A stretch of 64,000 bases of DNA, from positions 1 to 64,000 of the forward strand of contig JAOZGP010000005.1 in NCBI GenBank assembly GCA_027491735.1. Reading direction: 5' to 3'. This DNA is from Thermoproteota archaeon. Its GTDB lineage: Archaea; Korarchaeota; Korarchaeia; Korarchaeales; Korarchaeaceae. The notes below the pieces were generated by a model, which made no database searches, was not told where the DNA came from, and saw only the letters and a list, made by a program, of their open reading frames with translations. This document shows, piece after piece, positions 50,997 to 60,928 of this stretch. How positions within the stretch are numbered: position 1 is the stretch's first letter; each line of letters begins with the position of its first letter. A program made the position numbers and the translations under genes.

Positions 50997-51689
50997 TTGC
51001 TCATGTCAAGCAATGCTGAAAAGAGAGTACAGCTAGAGGAGCTGAGGAACAGAATCGTAGAGGAGTACAAGAGGAAGTATCTTGCCATGATAGATTCTCT
51101 AGAATCTGAATCTGCCTCAAACGTGATCTCCATATCCGTTCGCAAGTTCATGGACTCCATGACTGTCAAGAAGCTGGAGTTCAGGGACAACTTCGTGAGG
51201 GACGTGAAGTTCGCCTTGGGAGATGGGGGGAAGCTCACTGAGAGGGACCTTGAGGTGATAGCTGAGGCCTTCGAGAATCAGCTGAGCGACATAATATCTG
51301 CTGCTATAACATCGATACACGAATCCATAGCTGCTTACTACAAGTTTAACTCGGATACAGTCGCTAGAAAGGCTAGGTCGATTCTCAAGGAGATGCTCAA
51401 TGAGATGATCGATCTAAGGCTGAGAATGTCCGAACTTGAGAAGAGAATGATGAGCCTGAAGGGAATGATCCGCCAGAAATACATGGACAAGGACACCATG
51501 TACAAGGTGCTAGCGATACTGGAGGACAAGGGTCCGATGACCGTCACGGATGTGGCCGCAGAGATAAGAAGATCGGAGACTACTGCCAGGAGATACTTGG
51601 ATGTGCTGGTCAACAAACATTACGTGGCCCGGGACAAGAGAAAGAAGCCTTATGTTTACAAATTTGTTAAAGCCCCGTGGACCGTATGA
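50997..51689 (+). CDS. Helical/coiled-coil protein with C-terminal wHTH
   Basis: GPMTVTDVA..IRRSETTARRYL; GGAGG RBS. Confidence 0.8.
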   Translation: MLMSSNAEKRVQLEELRNRIVEEYKRKYLAMIDSLESESASNVISISVRKFMDSMTVKKLEFRDNFVRDVKFALGDGGKLTERDLEVIAEAFENQLSDIISAAITSIHESIAAYYKFNSDTVARKARSILKEMLNEMIDLRLRMSELEKRMMSLKGMIRQKYMDKDTMYKVLAILEDKGPMTVTDVAAEIRRSETTARRYLDVLVNKHYVARDKRKKPYVYKFVKAPWTV

Positions 51690-51931
51690 GAGTCAAAGTA
51701 ATCTCCTCTCCTCTTTGCTTGAGGTGCAATGAGATCGTCCTGAGCATAGTAGAAGTATGCAAAAAGCTCGGATTGGAAGTCGAGGAGATATCTTGCTTCT
51801 CGCTGGATGGGTCTAGATTAATGAACGAGTTGAAGATCGAGTATGTGCCTGCCGTAGTCGTCGCTGGAAGGGTTTACTATCCTAGATCTCCAGATGAAGC
51901 GAGGAAATTGATATGCGAGCTGAAGTCCTGA
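51686..51931 (+). CDS. Thioredoxin/glutaredoxin-like protein
   Basis: CLRC and VPAVVV cis-Pro motif. Confidence 0.75.
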   Translation: MRVKVISSPLCLRCNEIVLSIVEVCKKLGLEVEEISCFSLDGSRLMNELKIEYVPAVVVAGRVYYPRSPDEARKLICELKS

Positions 51932-53061
51932 TAGTTGGGGCCGGAATCTCCGGTCTGCTTGTATCATATCTCCTGGCTAGAGAAGGTGTTGACGTGGTTC
52001 AGGTGGACTCCTCTCCAGGACCTGGGAGGAGACCCCACTGCTCTGGAATCCTTGGCATGGACTGCTGGCGCCTTCTTCCCTTCCGTTCGGATGGATGGAG
52101 GCTCAACAATATAAGAGAAGCCACGTTCATATCTCCAAAGGGTAGCTCCAAAACCATCAGAGGGGATATAGCTCTAGTCGTTGATAGAGAGAGAATGGAG
52201 GAGGATCTGGTCTCAGAGGTACTCTCGGAGGGGGTTAAGCTCAGTTTTGGTTCCAAATTTATAGGAGTTTCTGGTAGAAAAGCCTTGATAAAGACACAGT
52301 CAGGCAGAACAGATGTAGGGTTCTTCATAGCAATAGGAGCTGACGGTTCCAGGTCCAAAGTAGCTCACTCAACTCTTGGAGGATATCTTCCCTTGGACTT
52401 TGGGGTGAACATGGCCGTAAGATCAAGGACAGGTGAGAGATATATCGTGAGGCTAAGAAGAGGAAGCTACTTCTCCTGGGTTCATCCGAGAGGAGATATA
52501 ACTTATGTAGGGGCTGTAGGTCCCACTCCCGAGCTTGCTGTAGAGTGGGCGAGGAAGGAGGCTTCCGTAGTTGGTGGAGAGATCATTAAGACAATGTGTC
52601 ATCCAATACCAGCCTCCATACGGAGCAGGTTTTCCTCTAAGAACATCGCCGTCTTAGGAGATGCAGCAGGCCAGGTCAAGCCCTTGAGTCGTGGTGGAGT
52701 TTTCTTCTCTCTCATAGCAGCAATGAATCTGTCCAGGGAAGTTGTCAGGTCGTTGGAGGGAGATCACATAGATCTGACAACCTATGACAGACGCTGGTGG
52801 AAGACTCTGGGTGGAGAGGTTCGCCTTGGGTATGCTGTGAGGTCCTTCCTGGATAACTCCTCTGAGGAGAAGATAGAGAGAATGTTCTCTCTGGTGAACA
52901 TTGAGTCCTTCTCTGAGCTCTTCAATACAGACAAGCAGGTCATCTCTTTGTTGAGATCAGTGAGTCCAGATAAACTCTTTCTGGAGGTTATCTCGAGCCC
53001 CTCAGCAGCTGCTAAGTCGGCTGCCAAGTTTTTAATTCCCTGGCTCGATGTCAAGGGATAA
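51913..53061 (+). CDS. Geranylgeranyl reductase family FAD oxidoreductase
   Basis: GAGISG, IGADG, GDAAGQVKP. Confidence 0.88.
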   Translation: MRAEVLIVGAGISGLLVSYLLAREGVDVVQVDSSPGPGRRPHCSGILGMDCWRLLPFRSDGWRLNNIREATFISPKGSSKTIRGDIALVVDRERMEEDLVSEVLSEGVKLSFGSKFIGVSGRKALIKTQSGRTDVGFFIAIGADGSRSKVAHSTLGGYLPLDFGVNMAVRSRTGERYIVRLRRGSYFSWVHPRGDITYVGAVGPTPELAVEWARKEASVVGGEIIKTMCHPIPASIRSRFSSKNIAVLGDAAGQVKPLSRGGVFFSLIAAMNLSREVVRSLEGDHIDLTTYDRRWWKTLGGEVRLGYAVRSFLDNSSEEKIERMFSLVNIESFSELFNTDKQVISLLRSVSPDKLFLEVISSPSAAAKSAAKFLIPWLDVKG

Positions 53062-53063
53062 CT

Positions 53064-53681
53064 GTGAATGTGCTGACGAGCGTGGCAGTGGCAGTCCTGA
53101 CGTTCTTCTTGGTTCATAAGGAGAGGAGGAACGCTGTGGTTACAGCTTCCTTGATAAGCACAAATATCCTAGTTTATCTGATATTCTCCGACGGGATAGC
53201 CACCTACAGCTGGTTCATGTACAGGTGGGGCGACTCCTTGGCGAACGTGTTAAATGGGAACCCATGGGTTCTTGTGACTGCCTGCTTTATACATGTAAAC
53301 ATAATACATATCCTCATGAATATGTACGCCCTCTACGTGTTCGGAGAGGTTTTGGAGCCTCATCTCGGCGGATGGAAATTTTTCACGCTCTACATTGTAG
53401 CGGGAGTGGCAGGGAATATCCTTTCAATTCTTTTAGATCCATATTCAACTGGTGTGGGGGCTTCGGGAGCTATATTGGGGCTTTTTGGATATTTGATCGC
53501 TCACGAGTACAAGATGAGCGGAAAGATAAGCTTATCGAGCGCGCTGATAGCGATATTCGTCATAGCAGGTGGTTTCATGCCGGACGTTGACATACTAGCG
53601 CACTTAGGAGGGTTTCTCGCGGGAGTCATCTGTGGCGTGGTGAGCACGAGGAAGGGATTCAGCGGACGTAGCCTTTTATAG
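53064..53681 (+). CDS. Rhomboid intramembrane serine protease
   Basis: H....H...NM, GASG, AHLGG. Confidence 0.93.
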   Translation: MNVLTSVAVAVLTFFLVHKERRNAVVTASLISTNILVYLIFSDGIATYSWFMYRWGDSLANVLNGNPWVLVTACFIHVNIIHILMNMYALYVFGEVLEPHLGGWKFFTLYIVAGVAGNILSILLDPYSTGVGASGAILGLFGYLIAHEYKMSGKISLSSALIAIFVIAGGFMPDVDILAHLGGFLAGVICGVVSTRKGFSGRSLL

Positions 53682-53691
53682 ACATGCGTTC

Positions 53692-53790
53692 GCCTCGGGA
53701 CACATAAACTTCAGCTCCCTCAGGGTTCATCGGGAGCATATCATCGGTCTCGCACCTGTTACTGACAGTCGTGATCGGGCTACACGAGGC
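53692..53790 (-). ncRNA. Candidate K-loop/K-turn small RNA
   Basis: Minus strand GCTCCC-GATGA-acc-CTGA-GGGAGC hairpin with a second GATGA/CTGA pair; terminal GCCTCG/CGAGGC. Confidence 0.3.
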
Positions 53791-53845
53791 TCAACATATT
53801 TATTAAACACGAGGCCAACAATTCCCTCCGGGAGGCCTCCTGGTA

Positions 53846-54673
53846 ATGAACAAACTGGTCTCAATGATGTCGATCTTGGCACTCGCCTTCGTCATGACCT
53901 CCACATCGATCTCAGCTCTGCCCGTTATGGAGGGTCACAAAGCTCCGGAGTTTGTGGTGATAGGATACAACTCCAACAAAACAGCCTATGTGCTCAACAG
54001 TCACATGCTAAGGAACAGGACAGTGATAGTGGTGTTCTTCGCTCACTACTGTCCTCACTGCCGCAGTGAGATGGAGAACCTGATTAAAGCCTGGGATCTA
54101 TATGCCGACAAATCCAGAGACGTTATGATCCTGGTTGGCGTTAGTGGTAGCGCTGAGAGGGACTGGGACCTCTTTAAGGCGAACTGCAGAGAGGGCTGGT
54201 ACTTCGTCCCCGAAAACTACACCTTGGCGGACATGTTCAAGATCGATGCAGTCCCTGCCACCTTCGTTGTGGATGGCAGCTGGACGGTGCAGCTGACTCA
54301 CATAGGTGAGATAGGAATGGGTATGCTTACTCTAGCGATACAGCAGGCCCACAGAGGACCCTGGACTGACATGCCCGTTACTCCGATAGAGAAATTTATT
54401 AAGAAAAATGAAACTAAGAAGACCACAGAGAAAGCAATAAAATCGAACATACCGGAAAACGCTGAGAAGTACTTCCTCATAGGAGCTCTAGGGGCATTCA
54501 TCACAGCGTTAGCCGTGCTCGCGACTAGAAGTTTCTACAGAGGACGTTCTAGAGAGGATAAGCCAGCTGAGAGCGAGGAAATTGTGAGGGGCGGTGTTGA
54601 AGGATCTGAGGAGGCCCAATACCTAGTGGAGGAGGAGAATGAACAGATTATCAACGGGAATCCGGAAGCTTGA
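53846..54673 (+). CDS. Membrane-anchored TlpA/redoxin family protein
   Basis: Signal peptide, APEF, CPHC, VPATFVVD, C-terminal TM. Confidence 0.88.
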   Translation: MNKLVSMMSILALAFVMTSTSISALPVMEGHKAPEFVVIGYNSNKTAYVLNSHMLRNRTVIVVFFAHYCPHCRSEMENLIKAWDLYADKSRDVMILVGVSGSAERDWDLFKANCREGWYFVPENYTLADMFKIDAVPATFVVDGSWTVQLTHIGEIGMGMLTLAIQQAHRGPWTDMPVTPIEKFIKKNETKKTTEKAIKSNIPENAEKYFLIGALGAFITALAVLATRSFYRGRSREDKPAESEEIVRGGVEGSEEAQYLVEEENEQIINGNPEA

Positions 54674-55421
54674 TGACATGTTGGAGGGAGGGATTCCTTC
54701 AGGTTTTTTCGTTGCTCTTACCGGAGAACCCGGAACAGGAAAATCGATAACATGTCAACATTTCGCCTGGAGTGGTGTGCTTGAGGAGGACAAGGTGATA
54801 TACGTCACCACTGAGGAGTCCAAGGAGTCAGTTTTAAGCCAAGCCTCTCAGTTCGGAATGGATCTGAGGGGAGCAGTTGAGGAAGGGAAGGCTATCGTAA
54901 TAGATGCTCTCCTAGGAGGAGATAAGTGGAGTCTGTCGTCGCTTGACCCAGAGGACATGGTCGAGAAAGTGCTGGAGGCCAAGAGGGAGTTGGGATATGG
55001 AAGAGGTCGACTAATAATAGATTCTCTAAGCGCTTTCTGGCTTGATAAACCAGCCATGGCCAGGAAGTACAGTTATTACATAAAAAAAGTCTTTCATAAG
55101 TGGGACCTTACGATAATGGTCACGTCCCAGTACGCCATAACAACTTCAGAGGCCTTTGGTTTTGGTGTGGAGCACGTCGCCGATGGGATAATCCGGTTCA
55201 GAAGGTCTGTGAGGGGAGGAGTCCTGAGGCGGTACCTTATGGTAGAAAAGATGAGACAGACAAATCATGATCTGAGGATGTACTTAATAAAAATAGTTCC
55301 CAATAAGGGAATAGAGCTCGAAGGTCCTGTTTCCTTTACCAGAGAGGATCTCGCTCTGCCCTATGGGGTAACCGAGAGGATAATAAGGTCCAAGATCAAG
55401 AAGGAAAGGGAAACTCCTTGA
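54639..55421 (+). CDS. Single-domain KaiC-like ATPase
   Basis: LSTGI..LD.ML.GG, GEPGTGKS, IIDS, VEHVADGII, EKMRQT.H. Confidence 0.92.
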   Translation: MNRLSTGIRKLDDMLEGGIPSGFFVALTGEPGTGKSITCQHFAWSGVLEEDKVIYVTTEESKESVLSQASQFGMDLRGAVEEGKAIVIDALLGGDKWSLSSLDPEDMVEKVLEAKRELGYGRGRLIIDSLSAFWLDKPAMARKYSYYIKKVFHKWDLTIMVTSQYAITTSEAFGFGVEHVADGIIRFRRSVRGGVLRRYLMVEKMRQTNHDLRMYLIKIVPNKGIELEGPVSFTREDLALPYGVTERIIRSKIKKERETP

Positions 55422-56296
55422 TCTCCTGCGCTGATCTCAGGGCCCACTTCAGCAGATCTGAGGTGATAGAAGAGAGCTTCAAGTTCCTAAAGGGGAGATG
55501 GATCGCTGCCACTCTACAGCTCGATGATGAGGTGGTGTTCAGGAGGTACATCGATGGAGCTCCTATGAGAGCCGAAACAGAGAAGCAACTAGCTGATCTC
55601 CTAGAGAACTTAAGATGTGTCAGAACTCTGTACGGATCAATAGAGATCTACAAGGTAGTGAGGAGGAGGGAGGATCTCTTCGATCCGGAGAACATAATCT
55701 CGTGCATGCCTGTCTGGGACATAGACAGCTCGATCGAGTACTGGGAAGTTACCAAGGAGGCCGCTCGCCTTATCCTCAAAAAACTGGATGAATTTGGGGT
55801 TAAAAACTCAAAGTTTGTTCTGTGGAGCGGCAATGGGGCTCATGTACACCTGAATCACAGGTCCATCTCTGATAGGGTTCTCGAGAAACATTCTCCTTTG
55901 GACACAGCTTGGAGCATCGTGGAACTGATACGGATTAAAGCTCAGAAAGACCTCAGGGAACTTATTTCTGAACACAGATCAAAAAAATTGGATATTTGTA
56001 ATGAGATAATGCCTAGGAGAGTCTTCACAGCTCCTCTCTCCATACACAGAAAGCTCGAAGTCGTGACCGTGCCGCTCTCCCCGGAAGACCTGGAGGAGTT
56101 CTCCATCGAGTGGACGGATCCCGGCTCCTTTAAATACTCAAAGGATTGGAATAATTTCTTTGAGGGAGAAGCTGATGATCTCGCTCTCGAGGCACTTAGG
56201 AGGGTTGGTGGATATCCTGCTCCGTCAAGAAAAAGGGTGAGGATGACGAGACCTCTAGAGGATATGATCAGGAGAGCATTAAGGAACACAACCTAA
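55418..56296 (+). CDS. Archaeo-eukaryotic primase (AEP)-fold protein
   Basis: WDIDS (DxD), WSGNGAHV, R.FTAPLSIH. Confidence 0.7.
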   Translation: MISCADLRAHFSRSEVIEESFKFLKGRWIAATLQLDDEVVFRRYIDGAPMRAETEKQLADLLENLRCVRTLYGSIEIYKVVRRREDLFDPENIISCMPVWDIDSSIEYWEVTKEAARLILKKLDEFGVKNSKFVLWSGNGAHVHLNHRSISDRVLEKHSPLDTAWSIVELIRIKAQKDLRELISEHRSKKLDICNEIMPRRVFTAPLSIHRKLEVVTVPLSPEDLEEFSIEWTDPGSFKYSKDWNNFFEGEADDLALEALRRVGGYPAPSRKRVRMTRPLEDMIRRALRNTT

Positions 56297-57909
56297 AGCC
56301 TACTCTTGAGTTCTCTCTCTATCTCGGCGATTCTGGACTTCATGTCTCTTAGCCTTTTGACGATCTCCGTTAAAACCTCCTTACTACTATCCGAAGCCAC
56401 CTCTGTGCTCCTGACAAGCTCGAGGTACTCCCTCAACTCTTCTTCGAGGTTAGGAGGAATCTCCACGCCCATGGATTTTAACTTCTCCAGAGCTTGATGC
56501 ATTCTCTCCAACCTATCCCTCAAGCTTTCCCTGACTTGTATGAATGAATCCATGGTGAAGGCATAGCTCAGTTTGTTGTTCGGAAGAGGTATGACCTCTC
56601 CCGACTTCACAAGCCTGCTGATGACAAGCCTTCTCCACTTAGGAGGTATCTTGATGAGCTCATCAACACTCACAGTTTTTCTTTTCTGCAGCTCTGCGAG
56701 CACATACTTCTCCCATATGGGAATGAACTTGCGAGACTCAAGCATCATTTCTCTCAGAGACTCCAAAGATCTTCTAGCCTCATATAACCTTCTGAAAGCT
56801 GCTCTTCCAGCATCTATTCTGGAAAGTTCTCTACTAATAGCTAAGCTCTTCAACGAATTGAAGAGCTTGGACACATCGGGATCCTCATATGCTAAGAGCT
56901 CTGCTAAGGGAAACCCTGTTTTCTTCATGTCGTTAAAGAACTCTATTACCGTGCTCGCTATCTCATACTCCTCTAGTTTTTTGAAGAATTCATCTATTTC
57001 CTCAGAGCGCTCGATCTTCACCTCCCCTTTAAGCGAGGGGATTAAAGTGCTGTTTATGTATCTTACATACTCAGAGAAAATTAATGTATTAAATATATCA
57101 TCTAATTCTAATATTATCGAACTTTCGAGTTCATTCACCGACAAGCCGCTGAGGATCTCCCTCAGGTCCTCAAGTTTTTCCTCTACAGCTCTCATCTCCG
57201 AGAGGAGACCCTTCAGCTCCTCAATGCCTCTGCTCAAACACTCTTTACTGTTCCTACATTCCTTAAGGAGGTCTCTCCTGATCCTTGAGGAAAACTCATT
57301 TATCAAATTATCTATCGGCAAGATTCCCTCGGACAGGGATTTCAGATCCTCTATCTTCTTTATACACATAGAAGTAAGCTTCTCAACCTCTTCCTTGAGT
57401 CTCTCAACATCACCTTTCTCCGAGAGGATTTCAGATATCTTCTTCTCTATTAGTCTCATTTTCTCCTCTATCTGAGAATATTTTTCCTTGGAGATGGTAT
57501 CCGATAGGTTCTCCACATCAGAGAGAAACTTCTCAGCTCCCGGAACAACCGAATCTAGATCTATCGAGGATATCATAGCAAAATTCCTTATCTTAACTGC
57601 TTTAGATCTAAGTTCACTGCTATCAGCAAGATCTGAGGCTATGATCTCACGGGGATCCCTTCCTCGAATTAGCTGACGGACTACCTCTTCAACGTCCTGA
57701 GGACGAAAAACTCTATCATCTATGACAACAGAGGGCAACTCATCCACGCCGTACCTCATTGCCATGAGAGCGACTTCAGGACTATCCACTCTAAATATCC
57801 CTACATCGCACTCATATCTCCTCCTTAAAACACTTTTCAGTTCCTTGAAGGCTTTCTCTACCCATAGCGAGTAGTCATCGTCTGAGGTAAAGACGAGAAC
57901 TCGTGTCAT
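56293..57909 (-). CDS. Thioredoxin-like domain + long coiled coil + winged-helix protein
   Basis: YGVDELPSVVID Trx-like motif without CxxC; heptad-rich E/K/L middle. Confidence 0.75.
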   Translation of the reverse strand: MTRVLVFTSDDDYSLWVEKAFKELKSVLRRRYECDVGIFRVDSPEVALMAMRYGVDELPSVVIDDRVFRPQDVEEVVRQLIRGRDPREIIASDLADSSELRSKAVKIRNFAMISSIDLDSVVPGAEKFLSDVENLSDTISKEKYSQIEEKMRLIEKKISEILSEKGDVERLKEEVEKLTSMCIKKIEDLKSLSEGILPIDNLINEFSSRIRRDLLKECRNSKECLSRGIEELKGLLSEMRAVEEKLEDLREILSGLSVNELESSIILELDDIFNTLIFSEYVRYINSTLIPSLKGEVKIERSEEIDEFFKKLEEYEIASTVIEFFNDMKKTGFPLAELLAYEDPDVSKLFNSLKSLAISRELSRIDAGRAAFRRLYEARRSLESLREMMLESRKFIPIWEKYVLAELQKRKTVSVDELIKIPPKWRRLVISRLVKSGEVIPLPNNKLSYAFTMDSFIQVRESLRDRLERMHQALEKLKSMGVEIPPNLEEELREYLELVRSTEVASDSSKEVLTEIVKRLRDMKSRIAEIERELKSRL

Positions 57910-57997
57910 CCATGAAAGGACCGAAAATTATCCTTTAAATGTTTACATCCTCTATCTTGTCCAAGTCAGCACGACAACATTTTTACGATTCTGCCGA

Positions 57998-59869
57998 TCA
58001 ACTCCCAACAACAATCCCGCTCTTTTCAGTTAATACATCGATCTTCCCTCCGAGCATGTCGTGTCTGGTCGGAATCATATCGTCTCTCACGAAGTCCGGA
58101 AGAAGCCTCCTGTAGGTAGCCCTCCTGAACCTATAATCCCCCAGTACGAATATCCCTCTATCCTCCTCACGCCTTATAACCCTCCCAATAGCCTGTGAAA
58201 CTCTTCTGAGGGCGGGAACCACATAGGAAAGATATCGTCCTCTCCTGATCCCATAAAGCCTCTGATAGTAGTCGATGTACAGCCTAGTTCTCATGGTGAG
58301 TCTGTCAAACGGTATTCCCACTATAAAGGCTCCCAACAGCTCCTCTCCGGGGAAGTCAGCTCCCTCAGCAAATCTCCCACCCGTGGTCGCTAGGAGGACA
58401 CCCCTTCCTTCACCTCTAGCCTTCATTTTAAACTCGTTCAGCAGGCCTCTAGCCACATCTCCCTCCATTCCCTTTTTCTCTTCGAAAACTCTGACTCCTA
58501 ATTCATCACAGAACTCCTTTACAGGACCTGATATCTCGCTTTGAATTCGATAACTTGCATAGAAGACAGCTACATTACCTTTCACGCGCTCTATGAACGA
58601 ACATATGGCTTTGCAGTATCTGCTTCTCATCATGCTCGATAGCTCCTCTCCTCTGGTGGTTACATCGGTTAACACAAACGAGATCACATTCTCTCTCCTG
58701 ACGAAGGATTCCCTTACTATTTCAGAACATCTATTCACTCCGACGACCTCAGAGAAGGCATCTACGGGCTTCAGGGTGCCGGACATGAAGACGACCTTGC
58801 GGAAGCTCGGCCAGAACTCCTTTAAGACCTCAGAACATCTCATGTCAGCTAGATTGAGGGAAAACCTTCCATTCTCTCTGGACATCAGATCGTAAACCCC
58901 AAGCACGTTCCTTAGCTCGAGGGTTTTGGTGAAGAAGGATGCCATATGTCGCAGGTGAGATCTAGGGCTTTTCCCTTGGGCCAGCTTTCTCTCTAGGATC
59001 TTATTTCCAAACTTATAAATTATCCTGAGGTCCTCAACTGAGATTCCGGACCTCGTGAGAAGATCTTCAGGATCATACACGTTGTCCTCGCCAGAGAGGG
59101 ATCTATTAAGAGCCTCCATGTTCTTCTTCAGTGATATTAAAGAGACCAGAATATCTGGAGGGAAGTCGGGAAGACTTCTTGCCTCTTTTATACATCCCTC
59201 AACCGCTCCGAGGGTCAAACAATCGCTATTAAGGTTTGGAATAACTTTCTGGAGATTATGGGCCTCATCCACCACTAGAAAACTCCTTCTAAATGGCAGG
59301 AGTCTCCTGATAACCCATCCAACTGGGGAGAAAATATAGTTATAGCTCATGGATACCAGGTCAGCTTGTTTAAGCATCCTCAACTGGAGAAAGTAGGGAC
59401 ATACCTCCCAACGTCTTCCTATCTTAATGATCTCGGAGAACAACAGCGGTTCATCCAGAAGGTCAAGCTCGCGACGATCGAGCCTTCTGTAATAGGGGCA
59501 TCTTTTCCGATACATCGAGCAGAAATTGTTCACGGATTCGTAATCCCTTATTCCCCTGGTTCTAGCCGCGAGGCACATATCCCTCTTACCTCTAAACGAC
59601 AGACCGAATACGTCAACGTTGAATCTCCTCTTTACGACCTTAAGCTCCTCCACGGGTCTATCCGTCTCATTACCCGTCCTCACAGACCAGAGTATGTGGC
59701 ATCCCTCCTCCATGGCCAGAGGCAGCAGAACCGACAGAACGGCTATGGTCTTTCCGAAGCCTGTGGGAGCATGCAGGCAGATGAAACTGCTTCTTCTGAG
59801 TTCATGTTCTAGATGATCAATCAACTCGTTTTGTCCAGTTCTTGGGGTGTATGGGAATAGTCTTTCTAT
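57998..59869 (-). CDS. xpd: XPD/Rad3 Fe-S DNA helicase (probable ATA start)
   Basis: FPY..R.GQ, APTGFGKT, four Fe-S Cys, DEAHN, QAIGRVIR. Confidence 0.92.
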   Translation of the reverse strand: MERLFPYTPRTGQNELIDHLEHELRRSSFICLHAPTGFGKTIAVLSVLLPLAMEEGCHILWSVRTGNETDRPVEELKVVKRRFNVDVFGLSFRGKRDMCLAARTRGIRDYESVNNFCSMYRKRCPYYRRLDRRELDLLDEPLLFSEIIKIGRRWEVCPYFLQLRMLKQADLVSMSYNYIFSPVGWVIRRLLPFRRSFLVVDEAHNLQKVIPNLNSDCLTLGAVEGCIKEARSLPDFPPDILVSLISLKKNMEALNRSLSGEDNVYDPEDLLTRSGISVEDLRIIYKFGNKILERKLAQGKSPRSHLRHMASFFTKTLELRNVLGVYDLMSRENGRFSLNLADMRCSEVLKEFWPSFRKVVFMSGTLKPVDAFSEVVGVNRCSEIVRESFVRRENVISFVLTDVTTRGEELSSMMRSRYCKAICSFIERVKGNVAVFYASYRIQSEISGPVKEFCDELGVRVFEEKKGMEGDVARGLLNEFKMKARGEGRGVLLATTGGRFAEGADFPGEELLGAFIVGIPFDRLTMRTRLYIDYYQRLYGIRRGRYLSYVVPALRRVSQAIGRVIRREEDRGIFVLGDYRFRRATYRRLLPDFVRDDMIPTRHDMLGGKIDVLTEKSGIVVGS

Positions 59870-59938
59870 GTTATCACTCCGTCAAGATCCCAACAGAATA
59901 AGTTTTTAGCATTATTCACCTCAGTCCTCGGATTCAAA

Positions 59939-60928
59939 TTGGTGATCCTGAGGTCCATCTCACTTCACATATCCAAGCCCTCTGATCTGAATGGGTCTCT
60001 CCTCAACAGATTCTTGGAGCTCTCAGAGTCACTGGGTGATGTGTGGACTAGAAGAGCTGTTCTCCCGGAGGGAGTTCGTGAGGAGACCATAACGGGTCTG
60101 ATAGACATGCTGAACCAGGTCGATCTGATAGCAGTTCCTTTTAACAAACCTTCACCATTCATGATGAAGCTTCTTGAGGACCCCAAGATCTTCACCTCGC
60201 TTCCTCTGATGGAGAAATCAGCAGATTTCGTCTGTGAGATCAGCAAGAATCTAGGAGAAAGAGCTTGCGCACAACTGGGTTTCTTTCATGGGAGCAGACC
60301 CATGACCCCCTACTTTCCCATAACCAGGTCAACTCGAACGGGTTTTTCCTCCTGCATGAGGGTGATACCAGATCTGATCAGCTCTGAGAATCCAGTGGAG
60401 AGGTTCTGGAAGATCTCCAGGGAGATCAACGACCTTCTCATTGAGGCATCCACTGAACACTCCATTCCCTTTCTCGGGATCGATCTCTCGATCTCTCCGT
60501 GGATGGAGGAGAGCTGTGTGGACCTCATGAAAGCCATGTTCGGAGTGATCATTGGGGAACCGGGAACGATCTCAGCGATCTGGAACATGAACAGACTTCT
60601 AGGTAAGGTGTCCAAGAAGGTCAGATCTATTGGATTTAATGAGTTGATGCTTCCCTACGCGGAGGATAACGGCCTCATGAAGCTGGCCAGAGAGAGTCGT
60701 CTGAGAGCGAGAGATCTCGTATCCATAATCTCTGTTTGCGTGGCGGGCTTTGACATGGCTGTCATACCACGAGACCTGGAGGTAATCCGAGCTCTGTTGA
60801 GGGATGCTCAAGCGATAGCCGTGAAAAAGAGAAGGAGCGTCGGAGTTCGTGTCATACCTACTGAGGCTCAGATCGGGGAGGAGGTCAAACTTGAGGGATT
60901 CACAACAGTACCGGTGATGTCCCCGTGA
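59939..60928 (+). CDS. DUF711 family protein
   Basis: GIDLSISPW, GFNELMLPYAED, VCVAG.DM, GVRVIP. Confidence 0.8.
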   Translation: MVILRSISLHISKPSDLNGSLLNRFLELSESLGDVWTRRAVLPEGVREETITGLIDMLNQVDLIAVPFNKPSPFMMKLLEDPKIFTSLPLMEKSADFVCEISKNLGERACAQLGFFHGSRPMTPYFPITRSTRTGFSSCMRVIPDLISSENPVERFWKISREINDLLIEASTEHSIPFLGIDLSISPWMEESCVDLMKAMFGVIIGEPGTISAIWNMNRLLGKVSKKVRSIGFNELMLPYAEDNGLMKLARESRLRARDLVSIISVCVAGFDMAVIPRDLEVIRALLRDAQAIAVKKRRSVGVRVIPTEAQIGEEVKLEGFTTVPVMSP

